Below are positions 12,320 to 23,512 of a stretch of DNA of 64,000 nt, one piece after another. The position numbers were made by a program, and so were the translations under genes. The notes beneath the pieces were generated by a model. The model was not told the origin of the DNA, made no database searches, and worked only from the letters and a program-made list of their open reading frames with translations. This DNA is from an uncultured Gemmatimonadales bacterium. GTDB lineage: Bacteria > Gemmatimonadota > Gemmatimonadetes > Gemmatimonadales > GWC2-71-9. The DNA is taken from the NCBI GenBank assembly GCA_963825055.1, contig CAWGSK010000012.1, positions 623,056 through 687,055 on the forward strand. Direction: 5' to 3'. Each line of letters opens with the position of its first letter. The stretch's first letter is position 1.

Positions 12320-13391
12320 GGGCCAGTGCATCGGAGAGGATGACCTCCGCGTCTTCAACCCGGTTCCCCACTTCGGCCCGGATGGCCGTCAGCACCTCAT
12401 CCGCCGGGGTCTTCCTGCGGAGCCGGATCAGGTAATACAGTTCCGAGGGCTTCCCCTCATTGGTGATCACCTCGTCGAGGCGCCATCGCTTGGTCGTGCC
12501 GTCCAGGATGTCCTCTGCGCCCTTCTGCACGTCCGCGATGTCCTGTGTCGTCATCCAGAGCACGGCGTTGTAGCGCGATTTCTTCTTGCCGCTCGAGCCG
12601 ATGATCTTGCGGAGCCGCTCGAATCGGTCGGCCAGAGCGTTGGCCTCCTTGCGGGTGAGCGAGAGCACGAGGTCGCGGTCAGGCACGGCCTGGCCGCCGT
12701 TCCCCGTGGCGAGGGCCGAAAGGGGCTCGGTCCAGGTCGCGGAGGGCCGGGGCTCCAGCACGCTCCGGCCAAAGTCCGTCCGCCAGATGGTCAGGAGCGT
12801 GAAGTTGAACACCATGGAAAGCAGGAAGCCCACCGTGGGCGCCTGGACGCCGGCGGAAAGGCCAACGCCGATCGCCAGAAAAATGAAGACCGCGTCCCGC
12901 GGGTCCTTGAGCGTGTTCCGAAAGCGCACCCCGGCCACGATGCCTGCCAGGCTGAAGGCCAGGGCGAGGCTGTTCCGCACGATCAGCACGATTCCCGAAA
13001 CCACGATGGGCAGGATGATCAGCGTCTGCACGACGGACTGGCTGTAGCCGCGGACCTTCCAGGCGGACATGTAGACCCAGGCGACCGGCAGCATCAGGAG
13101 CAGCGTGCCCAGCATCATCGTGCTGGCCACGATGATGAGGTTCAGCCGGTCCGGCAGCTCCAGCTGCGGGGACGTGAACGTATCGAGATTGAGTCCGTCC
13201 TCCAGCACGCGAGGCGTGCTGGTGAGCTGCTCGAGGCGCTCCCCGGAGAACATGACCCCGGTTTCCGGGACCAGCATCACGAGGGCCGTCGTAATTCCGA
13301 CGAGCACCACGTAATAGGCCAGCAGCCGCCGCACGGGCGACTGGGATCCTATCGCGGCGAAGTCGATCAGCCTTGTCAGGAAACGCATCAC
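12312..13391 (-). CDS. DUF4956-domain membrane protein
   Basis: NSLALAFSLAGIVAGVRFRNTLKDPRDAVFIFLAIGVGL signature. Confidence 0.8.
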   Translation of the reverse strand: MMRFLTRLIDFAAIGSQSPVRRLLAYYVVLVGITTALVMLVPETGVMFSGERLEQLTSTPRVLEDGLNLDTFTSPQLELPDRLNLIIVASTMMLGTLLLMLPVAWVYMSAWKVRGYSQSVVQTLIILPIVVSGIVLIVRNSLALAFSLAGIVAGVRFRNTLKDPRDAVFIFLAIGVGLSAGVQAPTVGFLLSMVFNFTLLTIWRTDFGRSVLEPRPSATWTEPLSALATGNGGQAVPDRDLVLSLTRKEANALADRFERLRKIIGSSGKKKSRYNAVLWMTTQDIADVQKGAEDILDGTTKRWRLDEVITNEGKPSELYYLIRLRRKTPADEVLTAIRAEVGNRVEDAEVILSDALAHA

Positions 13392-13530
13392 TGCTCCCTA
13401 CAGGAACACCCGACATCGGCCGGGCGTTGCAAGTTGTTTCGAGTCACCGACTTGGAGAGCGCATCTCAAGTATCTGCACAAACGTAGCAGGGAGATCCTC
13501 CGGGGTCTGTGACGCGCCGCACCCGCCGGC

Positions 13531-13797
13531 TCAGTCCCGACCGCGGCGGCCCCCGGCGGGGGAGATGTCGATCACCACCGCGATGACGAGGATGATGATC
13601 TGCATCGGGCCCCACGTTCCGCCGTACCAGTTGTGGACAGCCGTGTACCACAGGAGAGTGGTGGGCAGGAAGAGGAACCCAAGCACCAGCCAGAGCACGT
13701 TGGCGAAGATGCCCTGGAACCAGGAGGTGAACAGCCAGAGCAGGACCACAACGACGCGTGGGGCGAGAAGCGCGATCAGGGCGAAGAGGCATGGCAT
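13531..13797 (-). CDS. Small hypothetical membrane protein
   Basis: Hydrophobic 88 aa ORF (MPCLFALIALLAPR...FLPTTLLWY); GGAGG upstream. Confidence 0.7.
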   Translation of the reverse strand: MPCLFALIALLAPRVVVVLLWLFTSWFQGIFANVLWLVLGFLFLPTTLLWYTAVHNWYGGTWGPMQIIILVIAVVIDISPAGGRRGRD

Positions 13798-13952
13798 GGG
13801 ACGCGACCTCCGGCAGGGGATGGGAGTCGGCAGGGCTGGTCAGTCGACCGCCCGGGCGATGGTCGAGAGCAGCGCGTTTTCGGGTTGCCGCGAATCCAGA
13901 CGGGAACGCTGGACCACCCCATGGAGTCCGGCGCGGTTTCCCATTGATCCTC

Positions 13953-15323
13953 CTACGGAATCGGCAAACCCGGCGGCGACGGATAGAACGCGAGGCTCTC
14001 CGGGAAGCTGAGGTCGGTACTGGCGAACAGGTTTGGGGAAAGCGCTCCTCCGGATGTGAGCCGGTCGAGTCCGGTGGGCTGTGCCGTGATCCAGAGATTC
14101 CCCTGCGCATCGAATGCGGCGTGGTCGCTCTGGGAGGCATGCCCGGTCGTGTCGAGGCGCTGCGCCGGGGCGAGCCCTTCCTGGCGCCCGCTGAGGGCCT
14201 GCTGGGCTGCATCGTACTTCCGGAGCCCCCCGCCAACCACAGTAAGGTCGCCCGCATTGTCAAACGCGAGGCCCGAAAGGCCGGTGAGCGCGATGCTGCC
14301 GGTGTCACCGGCGATCACCAGACGGGAGCCAACGGCCGTGGCGGAGGCGCCGAGGTCCGCGCTGGCCAGTTCGACGATGGCACGATCCCCCGGGAGGCCC
14401 TGCGGATCGTCACCGATGATCCAGAGGTTGCCGGTACCATCGAACGCGAGCGCGCGCGGGGCGACGATGTCCGGACCCTGCAGCACGACGGAAGGCGTGC
14501 GCGTCCGTGGCGTGCTGCCCGGAGCCACGAGCAATCCTGCGACCTGGTCCGCGGAGAACATCACGATCGCATCACCGCCGGCGGCGGCGATCCACAGGTT
14601 TCCGGAGGCGTCAAAGGCGAGCGCCGCGGGACGGTCAAGCGCCGTTCCCGTGAGCACGATGACCGGGTCCGGCGTGCCAGAGCTGCCGAGGTCGCCGGGC
14701 GCGAACGCGAGCACCCGGCCGGGCGTCCCCTGCCCTACCGGATCCGCCATCCAGAGGTTGCCCATGTCGTCAAAGGCAAGCCCGGGCCCCGTGGCGCTGT
14801 CATCGGTGGCGGCATCGAAATCGAGCACGACATCCGCCGCCGCGGTGCCACCCGAGGCCAGGCTGGTTGTCGGGAATGCCGCCACCGTCTGTCGTCCGGC
14901 GTTCGAGACCCACGCCTTTCCGCTGGCCGGTTGCCGCACGTATCCCACCGGGATGGTCGCCGTCGACGCGAGGGGGACGCACGCATGCCGCACCGTTCGT
15001 GCGCTGGCCCCCCACGCCGTGCCGGTCAGCGCCCCCGCTGCAGCGGGCTGCACCGTCCGGCGGATGCGAAGTTCGTATTGACCTGCGGGAATCGCGGTGA
15101 ACGTCTGGGTCGCCGTCACGGTACGCGCGAACCCGGCGGGCCCCGTCACCCGGACGTCCGCCGTGACACCGGCGGGCATGCTCACCGTCACATCGAGGTT
15201 TCCTGTTCCCCCGGTGGCGCACCCGGCCGGTCCCGTGCTGCCTCCACCCTGGCTGCCGCAGGCGGCGAGCGCCAGCAGGATGGCGGGAGCCGACCCCAGA
15301 TGGCGGAGCAGTGGTACGCGCAT
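13953..15323 (-). CDS. Lipoprotein with NHL-like beta-propeller repeats
   Basis: Lipobox LAAC; repeated LAFD-x-x-GNLW units. Confidence 0.75.
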   Translation of the reverse strand: MRVPLLRHLGSAPAILLALAACGSQGGGSTGPAGCATGGTGNLDVTVSMPAGVTADVRVTGPAGFARTVTATQTFTAIPAGQYELRIRRTVQPAAAGALTGTAWGASARTVRHACVPLASTATIPVGYVRQPASGKAWVSNAGRQTVAAFPTTSLASGGTAAADVVLDFDAATDDSATGPGLAFDDMGNLWMADPVGQGTPGRVLAFAPGDLGSSGTPDPVIVLTGTALDRPAALAFDASGNLWIAAAGGDAIVMFSADQVAGLLVAPGSTPRTRTPSVVLQGPDIVAPRALAFDGTGNLWIIGDDPQGLPGDRAIVELASADLGASATAVGSRLVIAGDTGSIALTGLSGLAFDNAGDLTVVGGGLRKYDAAQQALSGRQEGLAPAQRLDTTGHASQSDHAAFDAQGNLWITAQPTGLDRLTSGGALSPNLFASTDLSFPESLAFYPSPPGLPIP

Positions 15324-15396
15324 GACAGCCTCACGGTAGCGGGGAAACCTCTGCCTCCATGAAGCGGGCCGCGGCGGTTCCGTGCCGTGACCCGAC

Positions 15397-15738
15397 TCAC
15401 CTCATGATGACATACAGCAGCAGCCCGGCAACCAGGAGCGCCACCAGGACGGCGCCGGCCGGGCCACGGACCCACCCGGGCAGGCGCGCCCGGCGGCGGG
15501 CTACAAGCGCGCCCTCGGGCGTGAACGTATACACCCGACCGCTCCCGAACTGCCGGATCCACCCCCGGGCGGCCGTCTCAGCCAGCAGACGGTCCAGGCG
15601 GTTGATCTCGCTCCCGAGATAGACCTGGTCGAACACCGGGGTCAGGTCAACGGCGCGATCCGGTTCGGGACCAGATCCCCGCCGCCGGAGCGTTTCCGTC
15701 ATGGCGGCGAGCACGTCCTCGGGAGTCTGCACCGCCAC
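15397..15738 (-). CDS. Hypothetical protein with C-terminal membrane anchor
   Basis: 3' part of ORF 15397..16266 starting at GTG right after the nhaA stop; hydrophobic C-terminus. Confidence 0.55.
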   Translation of the reverse strand: MAVQTPEDVLAAMTETLRRRGSGPEPDRAVDLTPVFDQVYLGSEINRLDRLLAETAARGWIRQFGSGRVYTFTPEGALVARRRARLPGWVRGPAGAVLVALLVAGLLLYVIMR

Positions 15739-15740
15739 AG

Positions 15741-17078
15741 TTACGCGCCCTCCACGGCGGCCGGCCCCGTACGCATCCCGTGCAGCAGGATCCACCCCGC
15801 GAGCCCGGCAACGAGGGATGCCCCGAGGATGCCGAGCTTGGCGGCCTGGAGCAGCCCGGCATCCCGGAAGGCCAGACCCGCAATGAACAGGGACATGGTG
15901 AACCCGATGCCGGCCAGCGCCGCGACGCCGTACAGGCCCCTCCAGGTCACCCCCTCCGGAAGCTGCGCCAGCCCCAGCCGCACCGCCAGCCAGCTCAGCA
16001 GCGAAATGCCCAGCGGCTTGCCGATCACCAGCCCGGCGGCGACCCCGAGAACCACCGGGTGGCGGGCGAGCTCCGCGCCTACGCCCCCCAGGGACACGCC
16101 CGCGTTGGCCAGCGCGAAGAGCGGCATGATGATGAAGGCGACTACCCCATGCAGGCCCTGCTCCAGCCGCGCCAGCGGCGCCTGGGCCTGGTCGGTGAGG
16201 TGCTGCAGGTGATGCAGCGCGTACTGATGGTCCTGGTTGGTGAGGATGGTGCGGCCTTCGGCGCACGACTGCTCAAATCCGGCGAGCGCCTCGCGCGCGC
16301 CGGACAGGAACGAGCGCTCATCAATCCGGGTCCGGGCCGGAATGGCCATCGCGAGCAGCACCCCGGCGACGGTCGCGTGCACACCCGACGCGAACACCGC
16401 CCCCCAGAGGGCAAGACCGATCACCGCATAGGCCCAGGGGCTCCGGACGCCCACCCGGTTCGCGATGACCGCAAGGCACAGCAGGGCGCCCGCCGCCACC
16501 AGTGGTCCGACGACGATGCCACCGGCGTAGAAGAGGGCGATGACGAGGACGGCGCCGATGTCGTCCACGATGGCCAGGGCCGCGAGGAAGACCCGGAGCC
16601 CCGGCGGAATACCGCGACCAAACAGCGCCAGGACCCCGAGCGCAAAGGCAATGTCGGTCGCCATCGGGATGCCCCACCCCGCCGCGCCAGGACCCCGTGC
16701 GTTGATCAGGGCATACAGCGCGGCGGGGACCAGCATGCCTCCCAGGGCGCCGGCCATGGGCAGGGCGGCACTTCGAAGGGTGGATAACTCGCCCGCCAGC
16801 ACCTCACGCTTGATCTCGAGCCCGACCAGAAAGAAGAAGACGGCCATCAGGCCATCATTGATGAGGTGGTGCAGCGTGGCGCGCACGGCGAACGACCCCG
16901 CCCCCACCACAATCTCCGTCTCCCAGAGGTGATGGTAGCTGTCGGCGAACGGGCTGTTGGCCCAGGCGAGTGCCAGCGCCGCGTTGAACAGGAGGACCAG
17001 GCCGCCGGCCGACTCGATGGCAAAGAAGCGGCGGAACGGCTCGAAGGCCCGCTCGATCAGGGGCGTCCGCCCGCTCAT
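15741..17078 (-). CDS. nhaA: Na+/H+ antiporter NhaA
   Basis: [58 protein letters not shown] overlap with msrA. Confidence 0.95.
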   Translation of the reverse strand: MSGRTPLIERAFEPFRRFFAIESAGGLVLLFNAALALAWANSPFADSYHHLWETEIVVGAGSFAVRATLHHLINDGLMAVFFFLVGLEIKREVLAGELSTLRSAALPMAGALGGMLVPAALYALINARGPGAAGWGIPMATDIAFALGVLALFGRGIPPGLRVFLAALAIVDDIGAVLVIALFYAGGIVVGPLVAAGALLCLAVIANRVGVRSPWAYAVIGLALWGAVFASGVHATVAGVLLAMAIPARTRIDERSFLSGAREALAGFEQSCAEGRTILTNQDHQYALHHLQHLTDQAQAPLARLEQGLHGVVAFIIMPLFALANAGVSLGGVGAELARHPVVLGVAAGLVIGKPLGISLLSWLAVRLGLAQLPEGVTWRGLYGVAALAGIGFTMSLFIAGLAFRDAGLLQAAKLGILGASLVAGLAGWILLHGMRTGPAAVEGA

Positions 17079-17566
17079 GACGCGGGGGGACGCAACTGGA
17101 CGCTGCACGAGGCAAGCCCGCGCTTCTCCAGGTACTGCTGGTGATACGCTTCGGCGGGATGGAAGGGCGGGGCCGGCTCGATCTCCGTCACGATCGGATT
17201 ACGCCACCGGCCCGAGGCGGCCAGCCGGTCGCGGGAGGCACGCGCGGCGGCTTCCTGCTCCGGCGAATGGTAGAAGATCACCGACCGGTACTGGCTTCCC
17301 ACGTCCGGTCCCTGCCGGTTCATCGTGGTCGGGTCGTGCTCGTTCCAGAAGACGTCGAGCAGCCGGTCATAGTCAACGACCGACGGATCGAACTCCACCT
17401 CCACCACCTCGGCGTGCCCGGTCCGGTCACTGCAGACATCCCTGTACGTCGGGTTGTCCGTGGTGCCGCCGGCGTAGCCTGCCCGGGTCGCCACGACCCC
17501 GGGCAGCCGCCGGAACGCAGCCTCCACCCCCCAGAAACACCCCGCGCCGAAAGTCGCCTTCTCCAT
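17075..17566 (-). CDS. msrA: Peptide-methionine (S)-S-oxide reductase
   Basis: [37 protein letters not shown]. Confidence 0.95.
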   Translation of the reverse strand: MEKATFGAGCFWGVEAAFRRLPGVVATRAGYAGGTTDNPTYRDVCSDRTGHAEVVEVEFDPSVVDYDRLLDVFWNEHDPTTMNRQGPDVGSQYRSVIFYHSPEQEAAARASRDRLAASGRWRNPIVTEIEPAPPFHPAEAYHQQYLEKRGLASCSVQLRPPAS

Positions 17567-17591
17567 ATGAACCACCCTTTCGATACGATTG

Positions 17592-18074
17592 TCAGCGGGA
17601 CTCGCCATCGCGCCCGATGCGGGAGTGCACACCCTGGCGGAGCCAGTTGAAACTGCGCTCGAGGTACTCCATCCCGACCAGCACCAGCAGCGCCACCACG
17701 GTCACCGCAAATGCGGCCGGCAGGTAGCCCAGGCCGATCGCGGCCCCGATGGCGGCGAGCAGCCAGACCACCGAGGCGCTGGTCACTCCCACAACGATCC
17801 CATCACGCGACAGGATCACCCCGGCCCCCAGGAAGCCGATGCCGGTAACCACCTGGCCCAGCACCCGCGTCGGGTCATTGGGGCCACCAAGCGCCGCGCC
17901 GAGCTGCACGAAGAACACCGTCCCGAGACACACGAGGACGCTCGTCCGCATCCCGGCCGGTTTCCCGCGAACCTGGCGCTCGAGCCCGATGGCTCCGCCG
18001 CAGGCCAGGCCCGCGCCGACGCGGATCCAGAACTCGGCGTTCGCGGGGTCGAGAAAAGGCTCTGCGGGCAGCAT
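17592..18074 (-). CDS. MgtC/SapB family membrane protein
   Basis: [33 protein letters not shown]. Confidence 0.9.
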   Translation of the reverse strand: MLPAEPFLDPANAEFWIRVGAGLACGGAIGLERQVRGKPAGMRTSVLVCLGTVFFVQLGAALGGPNDPTRVLGQVVTGIGFLGAGVILSRDGIVVGVTSASVVWLLAAIGAAIGLGYLPAAFAVTVVALLVLVGMEYLERSFNWLRQGVHSRIGRDGESR

Positions 18075-18124
18075 GGACGCTCCGGGGAGGGAGGGATGGT
18101 GGGAAGATAATGGCGGAGAGTGAA

Positions 18125-18325
18125 CAGGGCGGTCGGATGAACAGGGCGGGCCAGGGCGGCCAGGGCGGACAGGGTGGTCGAAGGACAGGGCGGTCGGAGA
18201 AGGGCGGACGAGGACAGGGCGGACGAGAGAGCTCAAGGGCCGAGTGCTATCGACGGCCACCCCCGCGGACATGCGCATTGCCACTCCCGACTCCCTACTG
18301 CCTGTTGCCTACTCCCTATTGCCTC
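18125..18325. repeat. Degenerate 9-mer (CAGGGCGGN)n array followed by heptamer (CTACTCC/CTACTGC)-like array
   Basis: Visible periodicity in the divergent intergenic region. Confidence 0.7.
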
Positions 18326-18433
18326 CGGCCCTGCCCTGCAACTCCAGAAACCCGCCACGCCATATTCCGTAGGGCTCCATTAACGTTCGCCCATTCCGCC
18401 GGCCCTGCCGGCATTTCCGGAGGTCACAACCGC

Positions 18434-19159
18434 ATGCTGTACAGTCTTTCCCTGATGCTCCTCCTGGCCGGGTCAGCCGGCCCCTCGCCGGCCAACGGCG
18501 AGGAGCTCATCCGCGCCATGCATGCCCGGTACGCCGGGTCCTGGTACAAGACCCTCACCTTTACGCAGAAGACCACCAAGCCGGACGGCTCGGTGGAGAC
18601 CTGGTACGAAGCCGCGAGCATTCCCGGCAGGCTCCGGATCGACATCGCCCCGGTGGACAGCGGCAACATGCTGCTGTTCCGGTCCGATTCGATCTACCAG
18701 TTCCAGCGTGGCGAGGTGGCCGCCGCGCAGCCCTTCGTCCACCCGCTCATGGTTCTCGGCTTCGATGTCTATGCCGACCCGGTGGACGTGACCGTGAACA
18801 AGCTCAAGGATCTGGGCTTCGACCTGGCCACCATGCACGAAACCACCTGGCAGGGCCGGCCGGTTTACGTCGTGGGCGCCGCAGCGGGTGACACCACCGT
18901 CAACCAGTTCTGGGTCGACAAAGACCGCCTGCTCTTCGTCCGGATGCTCCAGAAGGCCCGCAACGGGGCGATCGTGGAAACCCAGTTCAACAAGTACGAG
19001 AAGGTCGGCGGCGGCTGGGTCTCCCCCGAGGTGCTGTTCATGCGGGACGGAAAGGTGCTCACCTCGGAGGAGTACAGCGACATGAAGGCGGACGTGAAGC
19101 TGCCCGAAGGGCTGTTCGCGCCGGAGTACTCGAAGCCGGAGTGGATTGGACAGCGGTGA
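18434..19159 (+). CDS. Exported hypothetical protein, LolA-like / lipoprotein-sorting fold
   Basis: Signal peptide MLYSLSLMLLLAG; PGRLRIDI and FWVDKDRLLFVR segments; GAGG upstream. Confidence 0.6.
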   Translation: MLYSLSLMLLLAGSAGPSPANGEELIRAMHARYAGSWYKTLTFTQKTTKPDGSVETWYEAASIPGRLRIDIAPVDSGNMLLFRSDSIYQFQRGEVAAAQPFVHPLMVLGFDVYADPVDVTVNKLKDLGFDLATMHETTWQGRPVYVVGAAAGDTTVNQFWVDKDRLLFVRMLQKARNGAIVETQFNKYEKVGGGWVSPEVLFMRDGKVLTSEEYSDMKADVKLPEGLFAPEYSKPEWIGQR

Positions 19160-19183
19160 ACGGTGAACGGTAAGAAGTGAACG
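19154..19183. repeat. Heptamer array (CGGTGAA)n, inverted partner of 19425-19485
   Basis: Begins at and contains the TGA stop of the upstream gene. Confidence 0.8.
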
Positions 19184-19217
19184 GGGGGTCCCGGCGTGCC
19201 GGGACCCCCGTTCGTTT
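19179..19217. terminator. GC-rich hairpin between the convergent CDS and tRNA-Pro
   Basis: gaacggggg(g)tcccggc-gt-gccgggacccccgttc inverted repeat. Confidence 0.75.
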
Positions 19218-19220
19218 CAG

Positions 19221-19294
19221 TCGGGGCGGCCGGATTCGAACCGGCGACCCCCTGCTCCCAAAGCAGGTGCGCTACCGGACTGCGCCACGCCCCG
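19221..19294 (-). tRNA. tRNA-Pro(TGG)
   Basis: Reverse complement CGGGGCGTGGCGCAGTCCGGTAGCGCACCTGCTTTGGGAGCAGGGGGTCGCCGGTTCGAATCCGGCCGCCCCGA folds as a cloverleaf; CCA not encoded. Confidence 0.96.
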
Positions 19295-19337
19295 ATGATC
19301 GCGGACTAATATAGCACTGGGAGGTCAGCGGGCATGG

Positions 19338-19485
19338 GGTCGGCAGTCGGCAGTCGGCAGTCGGCAATAACGGTCGGCAGTCGGCAGTCGGCAATCGGCC
19401 GACCAGCACCGTGCGTCGCAGACTCACCGCTCACCGTTTACCGTTCACCGTTCACCCTTCTCCATCTACCATTCACCCTTCACTC
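19338..19485. repeat. (GTCGGCA)n array followed by (TTCACCG)n array
   Basis: Direct reading; the second array overlaps the rdgB stop. Confidence 0.85.
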
Positions 19486-20090
19486 CGTAGTCTCTCCACC
19501 AGCTTCTCGAGCGCCCTGCCCCGGTGGCTCACTGCATCCTTCTCCTCCGCCGTCGCCTCACCGAACGTCTTCTCAAGGTCATCGCTCAGGAAGTAGGGAT
19601 CGTAGCCGAAGCCGGCGTCTCCCCGCGGCTCGGTGGTGATGGTACCGGTGCAGCGGCCCTCGAAGATCTCGACCGGCGCCCCGGGCGAGGGCAGGTAGGC
19701 CAGGACCGCCCGGTACTGGGCCCGGCGGCGGTTGCCGGTGGCACCCGCGAGGCGGCGCAGCATCTCCCTGTTGTTGGCGGCATCGACCTCGGCCGGGCGC
19801 CCCTCCGCGCCGGCCCACCGCTTCGACCGCACGCCCGGCGCACCCCCTAGTGAGAGCACCTCGAGACCCGAATCATCGGCAACGGTGGGCAGTCCCCTCC
19901 GCTTCGCGAAATAGGCGGCCTTGGCCTCCGCGTTCGCCGAGAAGGAGTCGTGCACCTCGAGGCGCTCCTCCTCCAGCCGTTCGCCGATGCCGACCTCGTC
20001 CGGGAACACGACCTCGACACCGGCTGCCTCCAGCACGCGGCGCACCTCGCGCTGCTTGCCGGCGCTCCGGGTGGCAAACAGCAGCTTCAC
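19473..20090 (-). CDS. rdgB: Non-canonical purine NTP pyrophosphatase (RdgB/HAM1)
   Basis: ADDSGLEV, GAPGVRSKRW, GFGYDPYF, SHRGRAL; follows rph. Confidence 0.93.
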   Translation of the reverse strand: MKLLFATRSAGKQREVRRVLEAAGVEVVFPDEVGIGERLEEERLEVHDSFSANAEAKAAYFAKRRGLPTVADDSGLEVLSLGGAPGVRSKRWAGAEGRPAEVDAANNREMLRRLAGATGNRRRAQYRAVLAYLPSPGAPVEIFEGRCTGTITTEPRGDAGFGYDPYFLSDDLEKTFGEATAEEKDAVSHRGRALEKLVERLRSEG

Positions 20091-20797
20091 CAGCCGAGCG
20101 CCTCGCGCTGCGCCTGAAAGAGCTGGCGGATACCACCCTGCGCCAGGTCCACGATGGCGTCGAGGTCGGCACGGCTGAACAAGCCCTGCTCCGCCGTCCC
20201 CTGGACCTCGACGAACTGGTCAGGCTCGGCCATGACCACGTTGGCGTCCACCACCGCGTCACGGTCCTCGGTGTAGGCCAGGTCGAGCAGCCGGGTCTCC
20301 CCCACAACCCCCGCCGAGACCGCCGCGACCAGCTGACCAAAGGGACTCTCCACTCCTGTCTCCCTGGAAAGCCAGGCGCAGGCATCCGCCAGGGCGACGC
20401 ACCCGCCGGTGATGGACGCGGTCCGGGTGCCGCCGTCGGCCTGGAGCACGTCGCAGTCGATCCGGATGGTGTACTCGCCGAACGCGAGGGTCTTCATCGC
20501 GGCCCGGAGCGAGCGCCCGACCAGGCGCTGGATCTCCTGCGTGCGCCCGCCGGGGCCGTTGCGCTCCCGCGAGGTGCGCTCCGAGGTGGCGCGCGGGAGC
20601 ATCGCGTACTCGGCCGTCACCCAGCCGCTGCCGCTCCCCTTCCGCCAGCCGGGAACACCTGCCTCCACGCTCGCGGTGCAGTGGACCAGGGTCCCGCCCA
20701 TGCGGATCAGGCACGAGCCCTCCGCATACGGGTTGGCATTCCGCTCGAGCACGACGGGACGGAGGGCCCCGGCCGCGCGGCCGTCAGGACGTTCCAC
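20087..20797 (-). CDS. rph: Ribonuclease PH
   Basis: [59 protein letters not shown] start. Confidence 0.96.
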   Translation of the reverse strand: MERPDGRAAGALRPVVLERNANPYAEGSCLIRMGGTLVHCTASVEAGVPGWRKGSGSGWVTAEYAMLPRATSERTSRERNGPGGRTQEIQRLVGRSLRAAMKTLAFGEYTIRIDCDVLQADGGTRTASITGGCVALADACAWLSRETGVESPFGQLVAAVSAGVVGETRLLDLAYTEDRDAVVDANVVMAEPDQFVEVQGTAEQGLFSRADLDAIVDLAQGGIRQLFQAQREALGW

Positions 20798-21260
20798 GGA
20801 TACGCTCCACGATGTCGGAGGAAGAAAAACCGGGCACCAGGTCGAGGCATTCCACTCGTCCGCCCCGCCGCTCCACAAGGTCGGCGCCGACGACGGTGTC
20901 CCGGGTATAGTCACCGCCCTTGACCAGGACGTCAGGCTCCAGCGCCTCAATGAGGGCCAGCGGCGTGTCCTCGTCGAACAGGACGACGCAGTCGACGGCG
21001 GCAAGGCCGGCGACAAGCCGGGCCCGGGCGGCCTCGTCCACCACCGGCCGCCCCGTCCCCTTGGCCAGGCGCCGGGCGGAGCGCTGCGTATTGATTCCCA
21101 CGACGAGTGCGTCGCCCAGCGACCGCGCGCGCTCCAGCAGGGTGACGTGACCGGGATGCAGGAGGTCGAACACGCCGTTGGTGAACACGACGGTCCCGCC
21201 GGTCTCCCGGCGCCACGCCGCGGCAGCGTCACGCGTCCGGATCTTCCCTGTCGTATCCAT
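20784..21260 (-). CDS. rfaE2: D-glycero-beta-D-manno-heptose 1-phosphate adenylyltransferase (RfaE domain II)
   Basis: [31 protein letters not shown]. Confidence 0.9.
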   Translation of the reverse strand: MDTTGKIRTRDAAAAWRRETGGTVVFTNGVFDLLHPGHVTLLERARSLGDALVVGINTQRSARRLAKGTGRPVVDEAARARLVAGLAAVDCVVLFDEDTPLALIEALEPDVLVKGGDYTRDTVVGADLVERRGGRVECLDLVPGFSSSDIVERIRGTS

Positions 21261-22582
21261 CAGGCCTCGCCTCCGGGTGGTGGTGGACCGGGATCCCCGT
21301 TCCCTTCGTCCGGCACGGTGCCGTCCTGGCGATGGAAGATGAGCTTGAGCCCGATCGGCGCCACGAAGGTGGTGGCCATGACCATCACCAGCAGGGCGCT
21401 GAAGACCTCTTCGTTGAAGATCCCCATCCGCCGGCCGAGGTCGGCGAAAATGAGCCCGACCTCACCGCGCGGGACCATGCCGGTGCCGACCGCAAGCTTG
21501 TTGAAGCTCTCCCACGGGGCGGCCCAGCCGGCTGCCAGCTTGCCCACGAAGGCGATCAGCGTCAGGATCAGCGCGATGAGCAGGACGCCTCCCGCGCCGG
21601 GCCGGAACGGATTCAGCACGTCCAGGTCGACCGCGGCGCCCACGCTCACGAAGAACACGGGGGTGAACACCGCGGCCACCGGCTTGATCTCATGCTCGAT
21701 GATATCGAACTGGTTCGTGCCAGAGAGAATGAGTCCGGCGGCGAAGGCGCCGATGATCAGGGCCGATCCGGCCACCGCGGCCAGCGCGGCGAGACCGATG
21801 GCGAAGGCGAACGCGAAGGCGAGCAGGACGTATCGCACCCGCATCCGGTCGATCAGGTTGAACAGCTTGGGGACGAGCAGGCTTCCCACGATCACCGCCA
21901 TCACCAGGAACCCCACCGCGACGGCGAGGGTCTTGCCGACGCCGAGCACGCTGACCGAGCTGCCGGCGGCGATGCCCGAGGCGACCGTCAGCATCACGAG
22001 GCCCAGGACGTCATCGATGACGGCGGCGCCCACGATGACCCGGGCCTCGCTGGTATGCATGCGCCCGAGGTCGCTCAGGACCCGCGCGGTGATCCCGACG
22101 CTGGTGGCGGTGAGCGTGGCGCCCACGAAGATGGCCGCGGTCCCGGTGGAGCCGGCGGACGCCATCAGCGGATGGGCCCCGGACATCCAGTAGAGCACGC
22201 CGAGCCCGAACGGCACCACCACGCCGACACCGGCGACGGCGAGGGAGGCCGGCCCGACGCGGAACATCTCCTTCAGGTCTGTCTCGAGCCCGATCTCGAA
22301 GAGGAGGAGCAGGACGCCGAGTTCGGCCAGGATGTGGATGTAGTCGCCGACGAGCCCCTCGGTGGGAACCCAGCCCAGCAGGGTCCGCCCGAGGATGACG
22401 CCCGCCAGCAGCTCCCCCAGCACCGCGGGCTGGCCGATCCGCTCGGCCAGCTCGCCCATGATCTTGCCGAGCACCAGGATGGAGGCAAGCGCGAAGAGCA
22501 GGCGGGGAACCTGCTCGCCGCTGGCCGCGGCGGCCAGTGGCGTCGGGGCCAGCAGAAACAACAACAGCCCGGCGACGAGCAC
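21260..22582 (-). CDS. Cation:proton antiporter (CPA2 family)
   Basis: [42 protein letters not shown]; start approximate. Confidence 0.88.
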   Translation of the reverse strand: MLVAGLLLFLLAPTPLAAAASGEQVPRLLFALASILVLGKIMGELAERIGQPAVLGELLAGVILGRTLLGWVPTEGLVGDYIHILAELGVLLLLFEIGLETDLKEMFRVGPASLAVAGVGVVVPFGLGVLYWMSGAHPLMASAGSTGTAAIFVGATLTATSVGITARVLSDLGRMHTSEARVIVGAAVIDDVLGLVMLTVASGIAAGSSVSVLGVGKTLAVAVGFLVMAVIVGSLLVPKLFNLIDRMRVRYVLLAFAFAFAIGLAALAAVAGSALIIGAFAAGLILSGTNQFDIIEHEIKPVAAVFTPVFFVSVGAAVDLDVLNPFRPGAGGVLLIALILTLIAFVGKLAAGWAAPWESFNKLAVGTGMVPRGEVGLIFADLGRRMGIFNEEVFSALLVMVMATTFVAPIGLKLIFHRQDGTVPDEGNGDPGPPPPGGEA

Positions 22583-22622
22583 CGGGCGCAGGGACCACGG
22601 GAACCGGTGCCGCCGCCCTCCC

Positions 22623-22991
22623 CTAGAGCGGCTCCGTCGCACGTGGCGTGAAGTTGAACGTATGGTTGAAGAAGGGGAGATTGACACGTTCGCTGTACTC
22701 GGTCGTTATGGTGATCGTGCGCGGGCGCCCGGAGCGCTTGATGACGAAGCGCTGGGCATCCTCGGGCAGGTGCAGTTGCTCCGCCCTCGTACGCAGGCGG
22801 CGCCTAATGGTTGCATCCGTCAGGCTCGGCGCGAGCCGGGCGTTCGATCGCATCTCGTCCCGCAACTGGTAGTATCGCCAGTACACCTGGCCGATGTTTA
22901 CGCCGTAAAAGAGAATCCCGGCGAACAGCAGCAGGGAAAACAGGCAGCCCATCGTGCTGCCGCCGCGACGGCGATCCTGATGTCTCACCAT
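22623..22991 (-). CDS. Hypothetical protein with N-terminal TM helix (DUF4845-like)
   Basis: RRGGSTMGCLFSLLLF start then soluble domain; fills the operon gap. Confidence 0.6.
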   Translation of the reverse strand: MVRHQDRRRGGSTMGCLFSLLLFAGILFYGVNIGQVYWRYYQLRDEMRSNARLAPSLTDATIRRRLRTRAEQLHLPEDAQRFVIKRSGRPRTITITTEYSERVNLPFFNHTFNFTPRATEPL

Positions 22992-23512
22992 TGCGATTGA
23001 GCCCCGTCCACGATGTTGGTGACGAGCTGGTCGAGCGCCTTGCGGCGCCCCTCCGTTTCCCGGCCGGGCTCGTAGTCCCCTTCCAGGTTCATGCCGTTGC
23101 GTTGCCACAGCGTCTTGCCGGTCTGCTGGTTCACGATCTCGACGGTGACCGTCATCTGCACCAGCCGCCGGGTCACGTTCACCTGGTTGCCCGAGGTGCC
23201 GGTATACGCCACCGGCACGTCGGGCTCATAGCGGGTGATGGTCCCGCGCACGAGCGCGTCCGCGTTCGCCTCGCCCGCCTGCCGGAGCCCGAGGCGGTTC
23301 TCGACCGCCTCCCGGACCGAACGCACGACTTCCTGGGTCAGCGTTGGTTCCGAAGTCAGGTTCTCGAACGGCAGCACGGCAACGGTGTTGATCTCCGGGG
23401 GAAAGCCGCCACCGGCAAATCCATAGCACGCGGCGGCGGCCAGCAGCAGGCTAAGGCTCGCCAGGCGCCCAGATCTCGGAGGGAAATGCTGAATCCGTCG
23501 CGGTTTCGACAA
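22985..23512 (-). CDS. LptE-family lipoprotein
   Basis: AAACYGFAGG lipobox, TVAVLPFENLT, ADALVRGTITRY; start uncertain. Confidence 0.7.
   Translation of the reverse strand: MSKPRRIQHFPPRSGRLASLSLLLAAAACYGFAGGGFPPEINTVAVLPFENLTSEPTLTQEVVRSVREAVENRLGLRQAGEANADALVRGTITRYEPDVPVAYTGTSGNQVNVTRRLVQMTVTVEIVNQQTGKTLWQRNGMNLEGDYEPGRETEGRRKALDQLVTNIVDGAQSQW

Noticed and set aside
17075..17566. Selenocysteine-containing MsrA
   Set aside because: The catalytic GCFWG cysteine is encoded by TGT; no in-frame TGA
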